Assembly (NCBI GenBank): GCA_902562135.1
Contig: CACESE010000006.1
Span: 7,231-71,230 of the forward strand
DNA from: an uncultured SAR86 cluster bacterium
GTDB taxonomy: Bacteria; Pseudomonadota; Gammaproteobacteria; Magnimaribacterales; AG-339-G14
Direction of reading: 5' to 3'
Length of the DNA stretch: 64,000 bases
Part shown: piece after piece, positions 51,620-61,901 of the stretch
Numbering within the stretch: position 1 is the first letter of the stretch
Layout: the number at the start of each line of letters is the position of its first letter
Notes under the pieces: generated by a model
Told to the model about the DNA's origin: nothing
What the model saw: the letters and a program-made list of their open reading frames with translations, nothing else
Databases searched by the model: none
Made by a program: the position numbers and the translations under genes

Positions 51620-54076
51620 TTAAAGCGTTATTTCATAGCCTAGCGAAATATTTTTTTGAGTATTTCCTAAATCGAAATTAAAGTGTATTGATGAATTTGA
51701 AAATTCCTTTTTTAGTTGAAATTCTAATCCATATTGATCTTCAACCACTTCCTGATTGTTCATTCTAATAAGGCCTAAATTTTCATCAAAATATGATTCA
51801 ATCGATCCAGTTGATGAAATTAGATGGTAGTTAACATTTGATGAAAATTTTACAGAAGAGTCGTTAAATACAATCAAATCCTTTATCAAGCTTGCTTCTA
51901 TTGAAGCAATTAAAAAAGTTTTTGAAAAATCTTTAGTAGTCAGATTTAAACCTCTAGGATGTCCAGTTTCTGAAAATCCATCTTGAGCATAATTGACTAC
52001 ATCAAATCCTATTTTGTTTATATATTTCCAAAAAATATTTTCATTTCTTTTAGATTCATCCGGATAAACATCAACACCGATCATTAAAATCCTTGAATCA
52101 AAACTGGATCTTATGCTGAAATTCTGTAATGAAGATGAAGTATTCAAAGATATTGACCTTGTTCTCTCTAAATCAGAATTACTTTCCGATAAGATCAGTC
52201 TAAAGTCTAAATTTTTATTTCTACTAATTTCATTAGATGTAAGAAAAAAACTAGAAGATTCTATTTTGTCTTGACTGGACACATCTAGTTTACTTCTCGC
52301 AAAATTAAAACCTGCGGTAAATTTTTCAAAACTATAAGAACCAATGAATTGATTAGATTTGGCATTCAAATTATTTTTTTGATTAATATCACTTTTGGTG
52401 ATGAATGCATTAAAAGATTTTTTTGGTGGATTAAATCTAATATTATTTTTTAGAAAAATAATATTAGAAGTATTTATGCCAATAGTTGAATTGTAGTCAG
52501 GTGCAAAATATAAAATTTGTTCGTTAAGACTAGCTATCGAGGAGCTTAAATTAACTTCATCTAAAATGGATTGAATATTGTTGTAAAGAGATGGATTAGA
52601 GTTACTTATTAATTCAAGATTGTCTAAAATTTTAGAAACTGCTTCTGTTTGATGCGAATTAGACAAATTTTGATAATTTGGATTTGCCAACACGAAACTC
52701 TTACTGTCAGTACTCAAGTTGATAGATAAAAATCCTAAGTGCCCACTAGGATCTATAATTTGCGTCGATGAGAAATTTCCATTCAAGGTTATGTAATTAA
52801 GAAAGTCGTAAGAAAGCCCTTTTTTATAGAGAGCCCCCCCAGTTAAAGGCGCTATAGCGAGATTTCCGTTTAGAGAAGCTGTTCCATTCACATTAATTAA
52901 ACCAGAGTCTCCAGATGAATTTATTTTAATCTCAATGGTTGCATCAGAATCCATCATTAAATTACCTGAAAGAGCTAAATTAGCAGTAGTATCCAAAGAC
53001 AATTTTCCAGATGAGTTTATGTCTAAATTATCAACCGCGATTGCTGCAGCTTGTAAATTTATTGCGTGAGAAATAGAAACGTTGTAATACCTTGCGGATT
53101 GAGTAACTAACACAAAACCAGAAAGTACATTATAAAAATTATTTGGTATGAATTGATCGTGAGTCCCCGCATGACCTGAATAAGTCCAAGTGTTCAAAGA
53201 TGACCAATCACCATCGCGATCTGATATAGAGGTTTTCAATGGCATCACCCGTTCCAAACCGTTTAGTTGAGAAAAGTTTCTAACATCTGACCAATAAGCA
53301 GCGGTCCCATAAAGGCCTCCAACACCGTTAACCAGTGAAATACAGCATGCAGCTCCTAAAAATTGATAAGAAGCAACACCATTATTGATAGTTTCCAAAA
53401 ATATAGGACCGCCTGAATCTCCGGGCGCAACCGTGCCTTCATAAGTAGTCGCAGATGCTTCATTTGGATTATTGAAAGATGCCTGATAATAGTCTTTTTG
53501 AAATCCACCCGATGTTGTAGGCACGTTAAACACTTTATTTGTGACATATCTTCTTTTGCCATCAGGGAGATTAGCCACACCAACATTGCCATATTCATAA
53601 CCGGAATTATCTCCTTTGGTTCCATACCCAACTATGTAAACTTCTTGCTCGCCTTGAAAGTTTCCTCCAGAATAAATAGTTGGAAACTCTGTAACGGAGT
53701 AAACAGGAGTTTCTAAACTTAAAACTGAAAAATCTGTACCTGTGGTGGAAGTACCCGGATTACCTAGTCCATTACTTTCAAATCTAAAATGCACATCGCT
53801 GGTAACGTTTACTTTTGTGACAGAGCTAGACACATCTGAACCTATCCAAATTTGTTGCGGCAGAGAAGTTGTACAATGTGCTGCAGTAAAAACCGTTCTC
53901 GGATTAATTAAAGTCCCAGTACAAAACATTGACCCATCAGTCAGGGTTCTTTGGACAACAAAGGGGAATTTATCTGTTGAATCATACCAGTTATTTACGT
54001 CTCCCATATTTTCATTGATTATTATGGAAAAGAGATTTGGCGGTAAAAGCAGAAGTAAAAGAAAAAGCTTTTTCAT
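51620..54076 (-). CDS. Secreted S1 (trypsin-fold) serine protease with autotransporter-like C-terminus
   Basis: Signal peptide MKKLFLLLL (start moved to 54076); CTGTLI..TAAHC, DFSVL, GDSGGP; beta-helix-like middle and beta-strand-rich C-terminus. Confidence 0.75.
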   Translation of the reverse strand: MKKLFLLLLLLPPNLFSIIINENMGDVNNWYDSTDKFPFVVQRTLTDGSMFCTGTLINPRTVFTAAHCTTSLPQQIWIGSDVSSSVTKVNVTSDVHFRFESNGLGNPGTSTTGTDFSVLSLETPVYSVTEFPTIYSGGNFQGEQEVYIVGYGTKGDNSGYEYGNVGVANLPDGKRRYVTNKVFNVPTTSGGFQKDYYQASFNNPNEASATTYEGTVAPGDSGGPIFLETINNGVASYQFLGAACCISLVNGVGGLYGTAAYWSDVRNFSQLNGLERVMPLKTSISDRDGDWSSLNTWTYSGHAGTHDQFIPNNFYNVLSGFVLVTQSARYYNVSISHAINLQAAAIAVDNLDINSSGKLSLDTTANLALSGNLMMDSDATIEIKINSSGDSGLINVNGTASLNGNLAIAPLTGGALYKKGLSYDFLNYITLNGNFSSTQIIDPSGHLGFLSINLSTDSKSFVLANPNYQNLSNSHQTEAVSKILDNLELISNSNPSLYNNIQSILDEVNLSSSIASLNEQILYFAPDYNSTIGINTSNIIFLKNNIRFNPPKKSFNAFITKSDINQKNNLNAKSNQFIGSYSFEKFTAGFNFARSKLDVSSQDKIESSSFFLTSNEISRNKNLDFRLILSESNSDLERTRSISLNTSSSLQNFSIRSSFDSRILMIGVDVYPDESKRNENIFWKYINKIGFDVVNYAQDGFSETGHPRGLNLTTKDFSKTFLIASIEASLIKDLIVFNDSSVKFSSNVNYHLISSTGSIESYFDENLGLIRMNNQEVVEDQYGLEFQLKKEFSNSSIHFNFDLGNTQKNISLGYEITL

Positions 54077-54190
54077 AAAAGAACCTTTATTTTCGGTTAA
54101 CCAAAAGTAATAACTTAAATTCCACAATATTTTTATCCCCACTTGAACATTCTATGCTTTTAATTAGAATTATCCTCGGTTTTTTTAAAT

Positions 54191-54589
54191 ATGGATAAAT
54201 TAGTAACGGTTGTAATGGTTTCACTTCTGACTTTTACCATTCCAGTATCAATAATTAACTTATTCTGGCCAGAACTGAATGCTTCCTTTCCCTTTTCCGG
54301 CTTAACAAGCGAAGAAATGAATTTATGGAGGTTGAAAACAATAAATCCTGCAATTTTTTTAACCGTTAGTTATTTTATATATAGATATTTTGCTGGATTA
54401 AACCCCACCTCCACGATCTGGCCAGTATACGTCGTATGCATGTTTTTTTGTTTGACGCAGTTTGTTGGTTTTTTTACAGGAACACCGGTTTCTGTTGGAT
54501 CTAGCATCTGTTTTGTTCTTTCACTTTTTTCTCTTTTCGTACTACGAATTGCTCACGAAAAAAGAAAAAAAGAAATATCTACTTTTTGA
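54191..54589 (+). CDS. Hypothetical 4-TM membrane protein
   Basis: 132-aa ORF with four hydrophobic segments. Confidence 0.7.
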   Translation: MDKLVTVVMVSLLTFTIPVSIINLFWPELNASFPFSGLTSEEMNLWRLKTINPAIFLTVSYFIYRYFAGLNPTSTIWPVYVVCMFFCLTQFVGFFTGTPVSVGSSICFVLSLFSLFVLRIAHEKRKKEISTF

Positions 54590-54600
54590 TAAAAAAAAGA

Positions 54601-54741
54601 TCAAATAATGAATAACAACCAAATTCCTGATAAGGAAATATGTGGTCCAAATGCTATTTTTTCAAAAGTTTTTTTGCTTTTGAATAAGTACCAGGTAATA
54701 CCTGATAGCGAAGAAACTAATAAAATATTAAGAGTAAATTC
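54601..54741 (-). pseudogene. C-terminal remnant of a prepilin peptidase (PilD/GspO-like)
   Basis: EFTLNILLVSSLSGITWYLFKSKKTFEKIAFGPHISLSGIWLLFII* resembles the PilD tail (ILLSSLVG...IPFGPYL..AGW). No ATG/GTG/TTG start before the in-frame stop at 54802-54804. Confidence 0.6.
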
Positions 54742-54818
54742 ACACTTAAATAACTTTAATATAGCTTTTATATTAGATAATATGAACTTGCAAAATTTTT
54801 TTTAAAATTTAGTTCAAG

Positions 54819-55649
54819 GTGAATATAGATCTTTTAGATATTTATAAAAAAATTGTCAGTTTTGTTGCCAATAGGACTAAGATTATTTTGATCAGCGTTG
54901 TTGTTCTCGTATTTTCTTTTGAAACATCAAATGTAATTTTAAAAATCGCTTTCGCTGACAAACCTGTAATCAATCATTCTGCTTCTTCTAAAATTCAGAT
55001 AAAAAAAGTCAATAGTAATCCTTTTCAGGCAAATTATTCTCAAACTATATCTTTGACTTCTAATTTAGCTAACAAGGCTCAAGAGACATCCTTGTCTCTT
55101 AAATTATTTGGAGTCACATCTTCGAAGGATAAAAATTTTGCAATAATAGGTTTAGATAAAACAGATCAAAAAGAGTATCAAGCAGGAGATCAGGTTTTAG
55201 ATAATGTTTACTTGGAAGCCATTCACAAAGATTACGTTACAATCAATAGAGCAGAAACTTCGGAGAGTCTCTCTTTTGATAAATCAAATTACATTTCGGG
55301 CATAGGAAATAAAACTCAGATAAATTCTTCTAATAAAAATCAATATAATCCAATCTCCGCTGATTGGCTTTCGAACCAAAACATTCTGGAGGCTGTTTCA
55401 TTCACTCCAATTTTTACTAATGGCGCACTAACAGGTTTGGAAGTAAATCCTGGAGAAAATAAAGAGTCTTTCGTTGACTTGACTTTTATGCCTGGCGACA
55501 TTCTTTACTCCATTAATGGTTCACCAGTTTCGGATTTAAGTGAAAATTATCTTACTAATTTAGAGAATTTATTCAATGAGCCTCAAAATCTAAATTTCAC
55601 GGTATTGAGGAATAGCTATCCTTTGTCAATTGGAATAAAAATTAATTAA
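54819..55649 (+). CDS. Type II secretion GspC-like protein (TM, HR domain, PDZ)
   Basis: AQETSLSLKLFGV..AII...Y..GD..L..I..DYV.I.R....ESL, then PG.....F..L....GDILYSING. Confidence 0.8.
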   Translation: MNIDLLDIYKKIVSFVANRTKIILISVVVLVFSFETSNVILKIAFADKPVINHSASSKIQIKKVNSNPFQANYSQTISLTSNLANKAQETSLSLKLFGVTSSKDKNFAIIGLDKTDQKEYQAGDQVLDNVYLEAIHKDYVTINRAETSESLSFDKSNYISGIGNKTQINSSNKNQYNPISADWLSNQNILEAVSFTPIFTNGALTGLEVNPGENKESFVDLTFMPGDILYSINGSPVSDLSENYLTNLENLFNEPQNLNFTVLRNSYPLSIGIKIN

Positions 55650-55741
55650 ATTATAAGAATGTTTTTAAGGAATTGCCTAAAATTTTATAAATATTTATTG
55701 ATTAGTTTTTATCTAATTTATAAGGTCTTAATTAATAATTT

Positions 55742-57127
55742 ATGCTAAAAAAATATAAAAAGTCTGTAAAAACTTTTTTTATCTCTTCTTTTTTTCTTTT
55801 CTTGGTAAGTTGTGGCGGTGGCAGTTCACCCAGCTCGGAAAGCCCAAGTTCAACTTTTAAACCCTATACTTGGCAAACTGCTGAACCAGAAGCAGTTGGC
55901 CTTACTTCGGACAATATAAATTCTGCCCTTAATTATGCTTTAGGTGCCGCTGAATCTAATTTTAGATTTTCACAATCAGCTATTATTGCAAAAGATGGAT
56001 TAATTGTAGGTGAAGGATACAAAGGTATTTCTACTGCGGAAAAAAATAGTATCCTTGCAGCTTCAAATACTCTTACTAATGCTGAATTAGATGCAGGATG
56101 GGGAACTCGAACTACCGCGTCTTTGGTGCATAGCTGGTCTATGGGTAAATCGTTCACGAGTATACTTATTGGCATCGCACAAGATCAGGGGATTTTATCT
56201 ATTAATGATGCAGCATCGACTCATATAAATGAATGGAACAATGCGGGTGATCAGAGACAATATATAACGATTAAAAATCTTTTAGACATGAGCTCTGGGT
56301 TGCATCAAGGATGTTACGATGCCGTGCAGACAGACAATATAGGAAACTGTACTGATTCACCTCTTTTCCCTCAAAACGCTAATTCTGGCGGTGATTTTGC
56401 TAAAGCCAGCGATCAATTAACTGGCTGTATTAATCAAACATACAATGATGCGAAGCATGGAGCACATGACGTGGATACGCCATATGTCGAATATTTTCTT
56501 TATTCAAATTGCGACACCATGATTCTTGGTGAAATTCTTTACCGAGCAAGTGGTAAGAATATCTATAGATTTGGCCAAGAAAATTTATTTAATAAATTAG
56601 GCATTACCGCATATTGGTGGAGAGACAATGCAACCAATGGTCAGGACAATGGAAATTACGTTAGCTATGCCGGACTTGACATGACGGCAAGGGATTTTCT
56701 AAAAGTCGGTCAATTACTTTTAAACGACGGAATGTGGGAAGGCGAGCAAGTTTTGTCATCAGCATACGTTCAGCAAATAAAAAATGCTACGCAACTGAAC
56801 AATTACGGCTTGAAGTTTTGGAGATATCCTACACTTGGCACTTTCTCTCCACAAACAAATCACATGGCAGCCATGATAGGATTTGATGGTCAATTTGTAG
56901 TAATGGATTTTGATAATAATATCTTGATTGCTAGAAATAGCTTGTACTCGCCAAGACTTGAATTAAACCCTGAGCGAAAGATGATTGTATCAACTGTTGA
57001 AGGTGCGCAAGTTAATTTCCCTTTAACGGTTCCAACAATTCTTACAACGACTGCAACTAATACTTTGACTACAACTTTTCAAATGTTTCAAATGATTTCT
57101 TGTCTTTACGTTGCAGAAGGATGTTAA
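55742..57127 (+). CDS. Lipoprotein serine hydrolase (beta-lactamase class C-like)
   Basis: Lipobox LVSC-GGGS, SWSMGKS (SxxK), YSN. Confidence 0.85.
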   Translation: MLKKYKKSVKTFFISSFFLFLVSCGGGSSPSSESPSSTFKPYTWQTAEPEAVGLTSDNINSALNYALGAAESNFRFSQSAIIAKDGLIVGEGYKGISTAEKNSILAASNTLTNAELDAGWGTRTTASLVHSWSMGKSFTSILIGIAQDQGILSINDAASTHINEWNNAGDQRQYITIKNLLDMSSGLHQGCYDAVQTDNIGNCTDSPLFPQNANSGGDFAKASDQLTGCINQTYNDAKHGAHDVDTPYVEYFLYSNCDTMILGEILYRASGKNIYRFGQENLFNKLGITAYWWRDNATNGQDNGNYVSYAGLDMTARDFLKVGQLLLNDGMWEGEQVLSSAYVQQIKNATQLNNYGLKFWRYPTLGTFSPQTNHMAAMIGFDGQFVVMDFDNNILIARNSLYSPRLELNPERKMIVSTVEGAQVNFPLTVPTILTTTATNTLTTTFQMFQMISCLYVAEGC

Positions 57128-57411
57128 TAACTGACAGCTGCTCCTATTCCAATGGCTGCAAGTATTCCTCCAAGAAATAAGAGTGATAAAAATCCAAATC
57201 CTATTGATATGTAATCCGTAATAAAGCCGCCAAGTACCAAACCTTCTCCTCCATAAATTTCTGGTTCTTTATTAATTTTGCTTTTATATATATGTCCAAG
57301 AACGACAGCAATTATTCCTAAAATTAAACCAAAACCGAAAAAAGTAAAGACCAAACCGCAGATTCCTAAAACAAGAGATGCGACAGCCATTCCGTTATTT
57401 TTTCCTTCCAT
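57124..57411 (-). CDS. DUF4190-like small membrane protein
   Basis: NGMAVASLVLGI...IIAVVLGH.......G.GL..GG pattern. Confidence 0.75.
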   Translation of the reverse strand: MEGKNNGMAVASLVLGICGLVFTFFGFGLILGIIAVVLGHIYKSKINKEPEIYGGEGLVLGGFITDYISIGFGFLSLLFLGGILAAIGIGAAVSY

Positions 57412-57572
57412 GATTACTCTGTGTTGATAAATTAATTTTAACTAATTTAAAAGAAGCAAATCAGTTATTTTTAAGCAGTTTCCAATACTGGCAGGGTAAT
57501 GGTAGTGAAGGTTAAAATCACAGATATTAAATAAAGGGTAAAGATGTATAATCTCCTTTCAAATTAAGATTT

Positions 57573-57647
<75 letters not shown>

Positions 57648-57670
57648 AGATTCCGCTAAATCAAAGGTAA

Positions 57671-58087
57671 ATGAAACAACTAAAAAAAATTTATTTTATT
57701 TACGATGCTGACGGTGGTTTATGGAATGAAATTAAATATTGGATTGATAAAAACCTATTACGTAAAACAAGTGCGTGCGAGCTATGTGATATTTCTCATC
57801 GTAAATTCTTTGTAAGATTTGAATGGTTAACATTTATCAAAGAACTAAAGAATCATTACAACGTAGAAGTGTTGCACCGCAATGAAATCCCACAAAACAT
57901 TCAAGATAAAAATTATCAATTCCCATGCGTGATTGGTGAGACTGAGAATGAGTTAATCGAAATTCTTAGTAAGAAGGTATTTATAGATCAGGGGAATCCG
58001 ACAAGCGTCAAAGAATTAAGAGAACAATTCTTTCAAAAGCTAACAATTCTTGAACCAGTTCTTGTATTTGATAAGGTAGAAGAGTGA
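57671..58087 (+). CDS. Conserved hypothetical protein (YDADGG...CxLC)
   Basis: 138-aa ORF translationally coupled to the next gene. Confidence 0.7.
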   Translation: MKQLKKIYFIYDADGGLWNEIKYWIDKNLLRKTSACELCDISHRKFFVRFEWLTFIKELKNHYNVEVLHRNEIPQNIQDKNYQFPCVIGETENELIEILSKKVFIDQGNPTSVKELREQFFQKLTILEPVLVFDKVEE

Positions 58088-60054
58088 AAAACCTGCTCTT
58101 AATTATAACTTTGTTTGTTGTTGGTTGTGGTAACGAATACGAAATTATTCTGGATTCTGACTATTCTCCTCTGTTGGAAGAAATTTCCCTGAATCCAAAT
58201 AAGGACGTTTATTTTGGCGACACACATGTTCACACTGGCTACTCATTCGATGCCTTTCTCTTAGGAACAAACCTTGATCCGCAAGCAAGTTATGAATATG
58301 CGCAAGGAAAAAAGGTCTATAACGCCATTGGCGAGGAACTACAGATTGCAAGACCGTTAGATTTTTTAGCGGTCACTGATCATGCTATTTTTTTAGGGGT
58401 CATGAAAGAATGGGCTGCAGACAATCCTAAATTTAATGCTGAACATTTCCTTAAGTATAAAGGCATCAATTCAAATAAAGACAACTACACGACTATAAAA
58501 GCAGCCGAGAGAATTAAATTATTTAGAGAAACCTTTAGAGACGATGTCACTCGCAGAGGCAGTTTATTCGACATCGTAAAAGCTTATATTTTCGATTATG
58601 TTCCCTTTGCCTCAAGTGGTTACGATCATGAGACTCATCTGGAAAGTTGGGAAGAAACTGTCATGGCGGCAAATAGAAATTACAAGCCTGGCCAGTTCAC
58701 AACTTTTATAGGTTACGAATGGACTACTGGAACGCAAGAACCTGAAACTGCTTCTTATCATCGAAATGTAATTTTCAACTCTTACATTGCTCCTGTCAGA
58801 CCATTCTCTAGATTTGATTCTTCTTACCCAGAAGATCTTTGGGATTGGATGGATAATTTGAGAAATAAAGGGATTGATTCAATTGCTATTCTTCATAATT
58901 CTAATGGCTCAAATGGTAATGCCTTTCCAAACACTTACACAGATGGACGGCCTATTGATCAAGATTATTCTTCCCAACGAATGAGAAACGAACCCATAAT
59001 AGAAATAGCTCAACAAAAGGGTCAATCCGAAACCCATCCTAAGCTATCTCCTAATGATCCTTGGGCCTCTTACGCAATCTTGAATACTAGAAAAGGTAAC
59101 ATTCAGCTTTATAGCTCACCTTCGGGAAGTTATGCCAGAGAAGCGTTACAAAAAGGGCTGGCGTTAAAAAAAGAAAATAGAGGCAACCCTTATAAATTTG
59201 GTTTCATTGGATCTTCTGATGTGCACAATGCCGCCCCAAGTTTCGAAGAAAATAATAATACTGGAGCGACTCCGTTGCAAAATAACAATATAGCCTATAG
59301 AAGTTCAGTTCCTATCGACACAGAAGTTGCAAGACAATTAGATGAAGACACAGTTTTTCTGGAAGATGAAAGGTATTTTCTTTCGAAACGAAATGCTCAA
59401 ATGTCGTCTTCGGCTTTAGCGGCAGTGTGGGCCGAGGCAAATACTCGCGAGCATATATTTGATGGAATGAAGAAAAGGGAAACTTATGCCACGTCTGGAC
59501 CAAGAATAAAATTAAGATTTTTTGCTGGTAAAAATTTTTTGAATCCAGATGAAGAAGATGAAATTACGTATTTATATAAAAATGCTGTTCCAATGGGCAG
59601 TTCCTTAAACTTAGTTGCAGGCAAGCCAACTTTTTATGTTTGGGCGCTTCGAGACGAGATGAGTCAACCTTTACAAAGAATCCAAATCGTTAAAGGTTGG
59701 TACGACGATAGTTACAAAAAGGAGATTGTAGAAAGGGTATTTGATATTGCGTGCTCAGATGGTTTAAGTCCGAACGAAGAAACCGGTCTTTGTCCAGACA
59801 ATGGCGCTGTTGTGAATATTGATGATTGCACAACTTCGGAAAATTTAGGAGCTAGCGAATTGAAAGTAATTTGGCGAGATGATGACTTTGATGCAAATGT
59901 TGATACGTTTTATTACGTAAGAGTTTTAGAAAACCCATCATGCAGATGGTCTACCTGGGATGCGATAAGAAATGGATCGGCCCCAAGACCGGACGTTCCA
60001 ACTATTATTCAGGAGAGGGCCTGGTCTTCTCCAATTTGGGTTGAGCAATCATAG
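58084..60054 (+). CDS. DUF3604 family (PHP-like metallo-hydrolase) lipoprotein
   Basis: Lipobox VVGC, YFGDTHVHT..SFDA, LDFLAVTDH, HRNV, YYVRVLENP, QERAWSSPIW. Confidence 0.88.
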   Translation: MKNLLLIITLFVVGCGNEYEIILDSDYSPLLEEISLNPNKDVYFGDTHVHTGYSFDAFLLGTNLDPQASYEYAQGKKVYNAIGEELQIARPLDFLAVTDHAIFLGVMKEWAADNPKFNAEHFLKYKGINSNKDNYTTIKAAERIKLFRETFRDDVTRRGSLFDIVKAYIFDYVPFASSGYDHETHLESWEETVMAANRNYKPGQFTTFIGYEWTTGTQEPETASYHRNVIFNSYIAPVRPFSRFDSSYPEDLWDWMDNLRNKGIDSIAILHNSNGSNGNAFPNTYTDGRPIDQDYSSQRMRNEPIIEIAQQKGQSETHPKLSPNDPWASYAILNTRKGNIQLYSSPSGSYAREALQKGLALKKENRGNPYKFGFIGSSDVHNAAPSFEENNNTGATPLQNNNIAYRSSVPIDTEVARQLDEDTVFLEDERYFLSKRNAQMSSSALAAVWAEANTREHIFDGMKKRETYATSGPRIKLRFFAGKNFLNPDEEDEITYLYKNAVPMGSSLNLVAGKPTFYVWALRDEMSQPLQRIQIVKGWYDDSYKKEIVERVFDIACSDGLSPNEETGLCPDNGAVVNIDDCTTSENLGASELKVIWRDDDFDANVDTFYYVRVLENPSCRWSTWDAIRNGSAPRPDVPTIIQERAWSSPIWVEQS

Positions 60055-60075
60055 TTTTTTAAATAAGGTATTCAC

Positions 60076-61254
60076 ATGGATAAAATAATCAAGCAAGTTG
60101 AAGAAGCATTAAAAAAAGAAAAAATATTATTTGCTTCTTATGCGGTCACTAACAAAAATAATACGGTTCTATATGAGCATTATGGAACGCAAGATCTATC
60201 AAGAGAATTACCTCCGACTAATAAGACACGTTACCGAATTGCTTCGATGTCGAAAGCTGTGACCACTTTGGGAGCTCTTAAATTATTTGACAGGGGAGAA
60301 TTAAAACTCGATGCACTAGCAAAAGAATATTTCCCTGAGCTTGGCGAAGTAAAAGTTGCCAAACTTGAAAATGACAAAGTCACATACGAAGACCTAAATT
60401 CTGACATTACCATCCATCAGCTTTTAACTCACACTTCCGGTTTTGGTTATGATTTTCATGATCCCGTTTTAAGCCACTTAGTTTTAAATGAGGAAATTTC
60501 TTCTTTGACAAGTAAAGACGGATCCCAACTAAATGCTCCTTTGGTGTATCAACCTGGAACACGCTGGGAGTATGGCATTAGTCTTGGTTGGATGGGAAAA
60601 ATAATAGAAAAAATTTCATCCAAAAATCTGAATGATTTTATTACTGATGAGGTGTTTTTGCCGCTTGGTATGAACGACTCTACTTTTGATGCAGCCAAGT
60701 TTGGAAACAAAGATATAGCAGTGTTGCATGCAATGGATAATGATACTTTTGTAAATGTTGATGAATTAATTGATGATTCCACTGCAAATTTTTTTTATGG
60801 CGGTGGAGGTATTTATTCTACTCCAGATGACTACTGCAAATTCATGCGACTCTTTTTAAATAATGGGGAGGCTAATGGAAATCAGTTTATAAGTTCTGAG
60901 ACTTTAGAATTAATGAAAACAAACCAAATTGGCGATTTAAATTATGAATTTCAACCAACTTACAACCCAAGTTTGATTCACGCTCACGAGTGGTATCCTA
61001 ATATTAAAAAGAAATTTACATACGGGTTTTTAACTAATTTAGAAGATTTACCAGGTGGAAGAAAAGCGGGATCATTGGCTTGGTCCGGAATCTGCAACAC
61101 ATATTTTTGGATTGATCCATATTCTGGTATTGCTGGAACAGCAATGATGCAACTCTCTCCTCATTATGATAAAAGATGTATCAGTATATTAGAGGCTTTA
61201 GAGAAAGCTTCTTATTCTGAATTGGACGTTTTGAATAATTGGTCTGCCACATAG
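60076..61254 (+). CDS. Serine hydrolase (beta-lactamase-related esterase)
   Basis: IASMSK, LLTHTSGFGY, PGTRWEY, WSG..NTYFWIDP. Confidence 0.9.
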   Translation: MDKIIKQVEEALKKEKILFASYAVTNKNNTVLYEHYGTQDLSRELPPTNKTRYRIASMSKAVTTLGALKLFDRGELKLDALAKEYFPELGEVKVAKLENDKVTYEDLNSDITIHQLLTHTSGFGYDFHDPVLSHLVLNEEISSLTSKDGSQLNAPLVYQPGTRWEYGISLGWMGKIIEKISSKNLNDFITDEVFLPLGMNDSTFDAAKFGNKDIAVLHAMDNDTFVNVDELIDDSTANFFYGGGGIYSTPDDYCKFMRLFLNNGEANGNQFISSETLELMKTNQIGDLNYEFQPTYNPSLIHAHEWYPNIKKKFTYGFLTNLEDLPGGRKAGSLAWSGICNTYFWIDPYSGIAGTAMMQLSPHYDKRCISILEALEKASYSELDVLNNWSAT

Positions 61255-61880
61255 GGATTAGTTAATCTTTCTTGACCAAACGTAGAAATAGGCCCATGAC
61301 CTGGAACAAAAGTTACATCGTCGCCTAATGGCCAAAGTTTAGTTCTGATAGCATTAATTAAATCAGCATGGTTCCCTTTAGGAAAATCGGTTCTACCTAT
61401 AGAGCCTTGAAATAATACATCTCCAACAATAGCAAATTTAGATTCTTTGTTATGGAAAATAACGTGACCAGGTGTATGACCGGGGCAATGGTAAACATCA
61501 AAATTTATCCCATCCAATTCAAGTTGGTCGCCATCCTCTAGCCATCTATCAGGTAAGAAATTTTTAGAATCGGAAAGCCCGTACATTTTTCCATGTTCTT
61601 CTAAAGCAGATATTAAATATTCATCTTCTTTATGAGGTCCTTCAATAGGTACATTAAATTTTTTAGAAAGAGAAAATGCTCCACCCGCATGATCCAAATG
61701 ACCATGGGTAATAAAAATTTTAATTAGTTTTAAGTTGTTTTCTGCTAAGTAAGATTCTATTTTTTCCAGATCACCCCCTGGATCAGTCACTGCTGCATTT
61801 TTTGTTTCTTCATTCCAAATAACACAAGAATTTTGCATTAAGGGTGTAACTGGAATTATTTTTGCCTTAAGATTACTCAC
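61212..61880 (-). CDS. MBL-fold metallo-hydrolase (YcbL/GloC-like)
   Basis: THGHLDHAGG, PGHTPGH, GDVLFQGSIGRTD, PGHG. Confidence 0.9.
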   Translation of the reverse strand: MSNLKAKIIPVTPLMQNSCVIWNEETKNAAVTDPGGDLEKIESYLAENNLKLIKIFITHGHLDHAGGAFSLSKKFNVPIEGPHKEDEYLISALEEHGKMYGLSDSKNFLPDRWLEDGDQLELDGINFDVYHCPGHTPGHVIFHNKESKFAIVGDVLFQGSIGRTDFPKGNHADLINAIRTKLWPLGDDVTFVPGHGPISTFGQERLTNPYVADQLFKTSNSE

Positions 61881-61901
61881 TCATATATTTTACTACAAAT
61901 A

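Noticed and set aside
54608-54805. 65-aa plus-strand ORF
   Set aside because: It is the antisense of the prepilin-peptidase remnant
57472-57560. Hydrophobic minus-strand reading frame (RRLYIFTLYLISVILTFTTITLPVLETA*)
   Set aside because: No in-frame start codon after the upstream stop; overlaps the likely tRNA promoter
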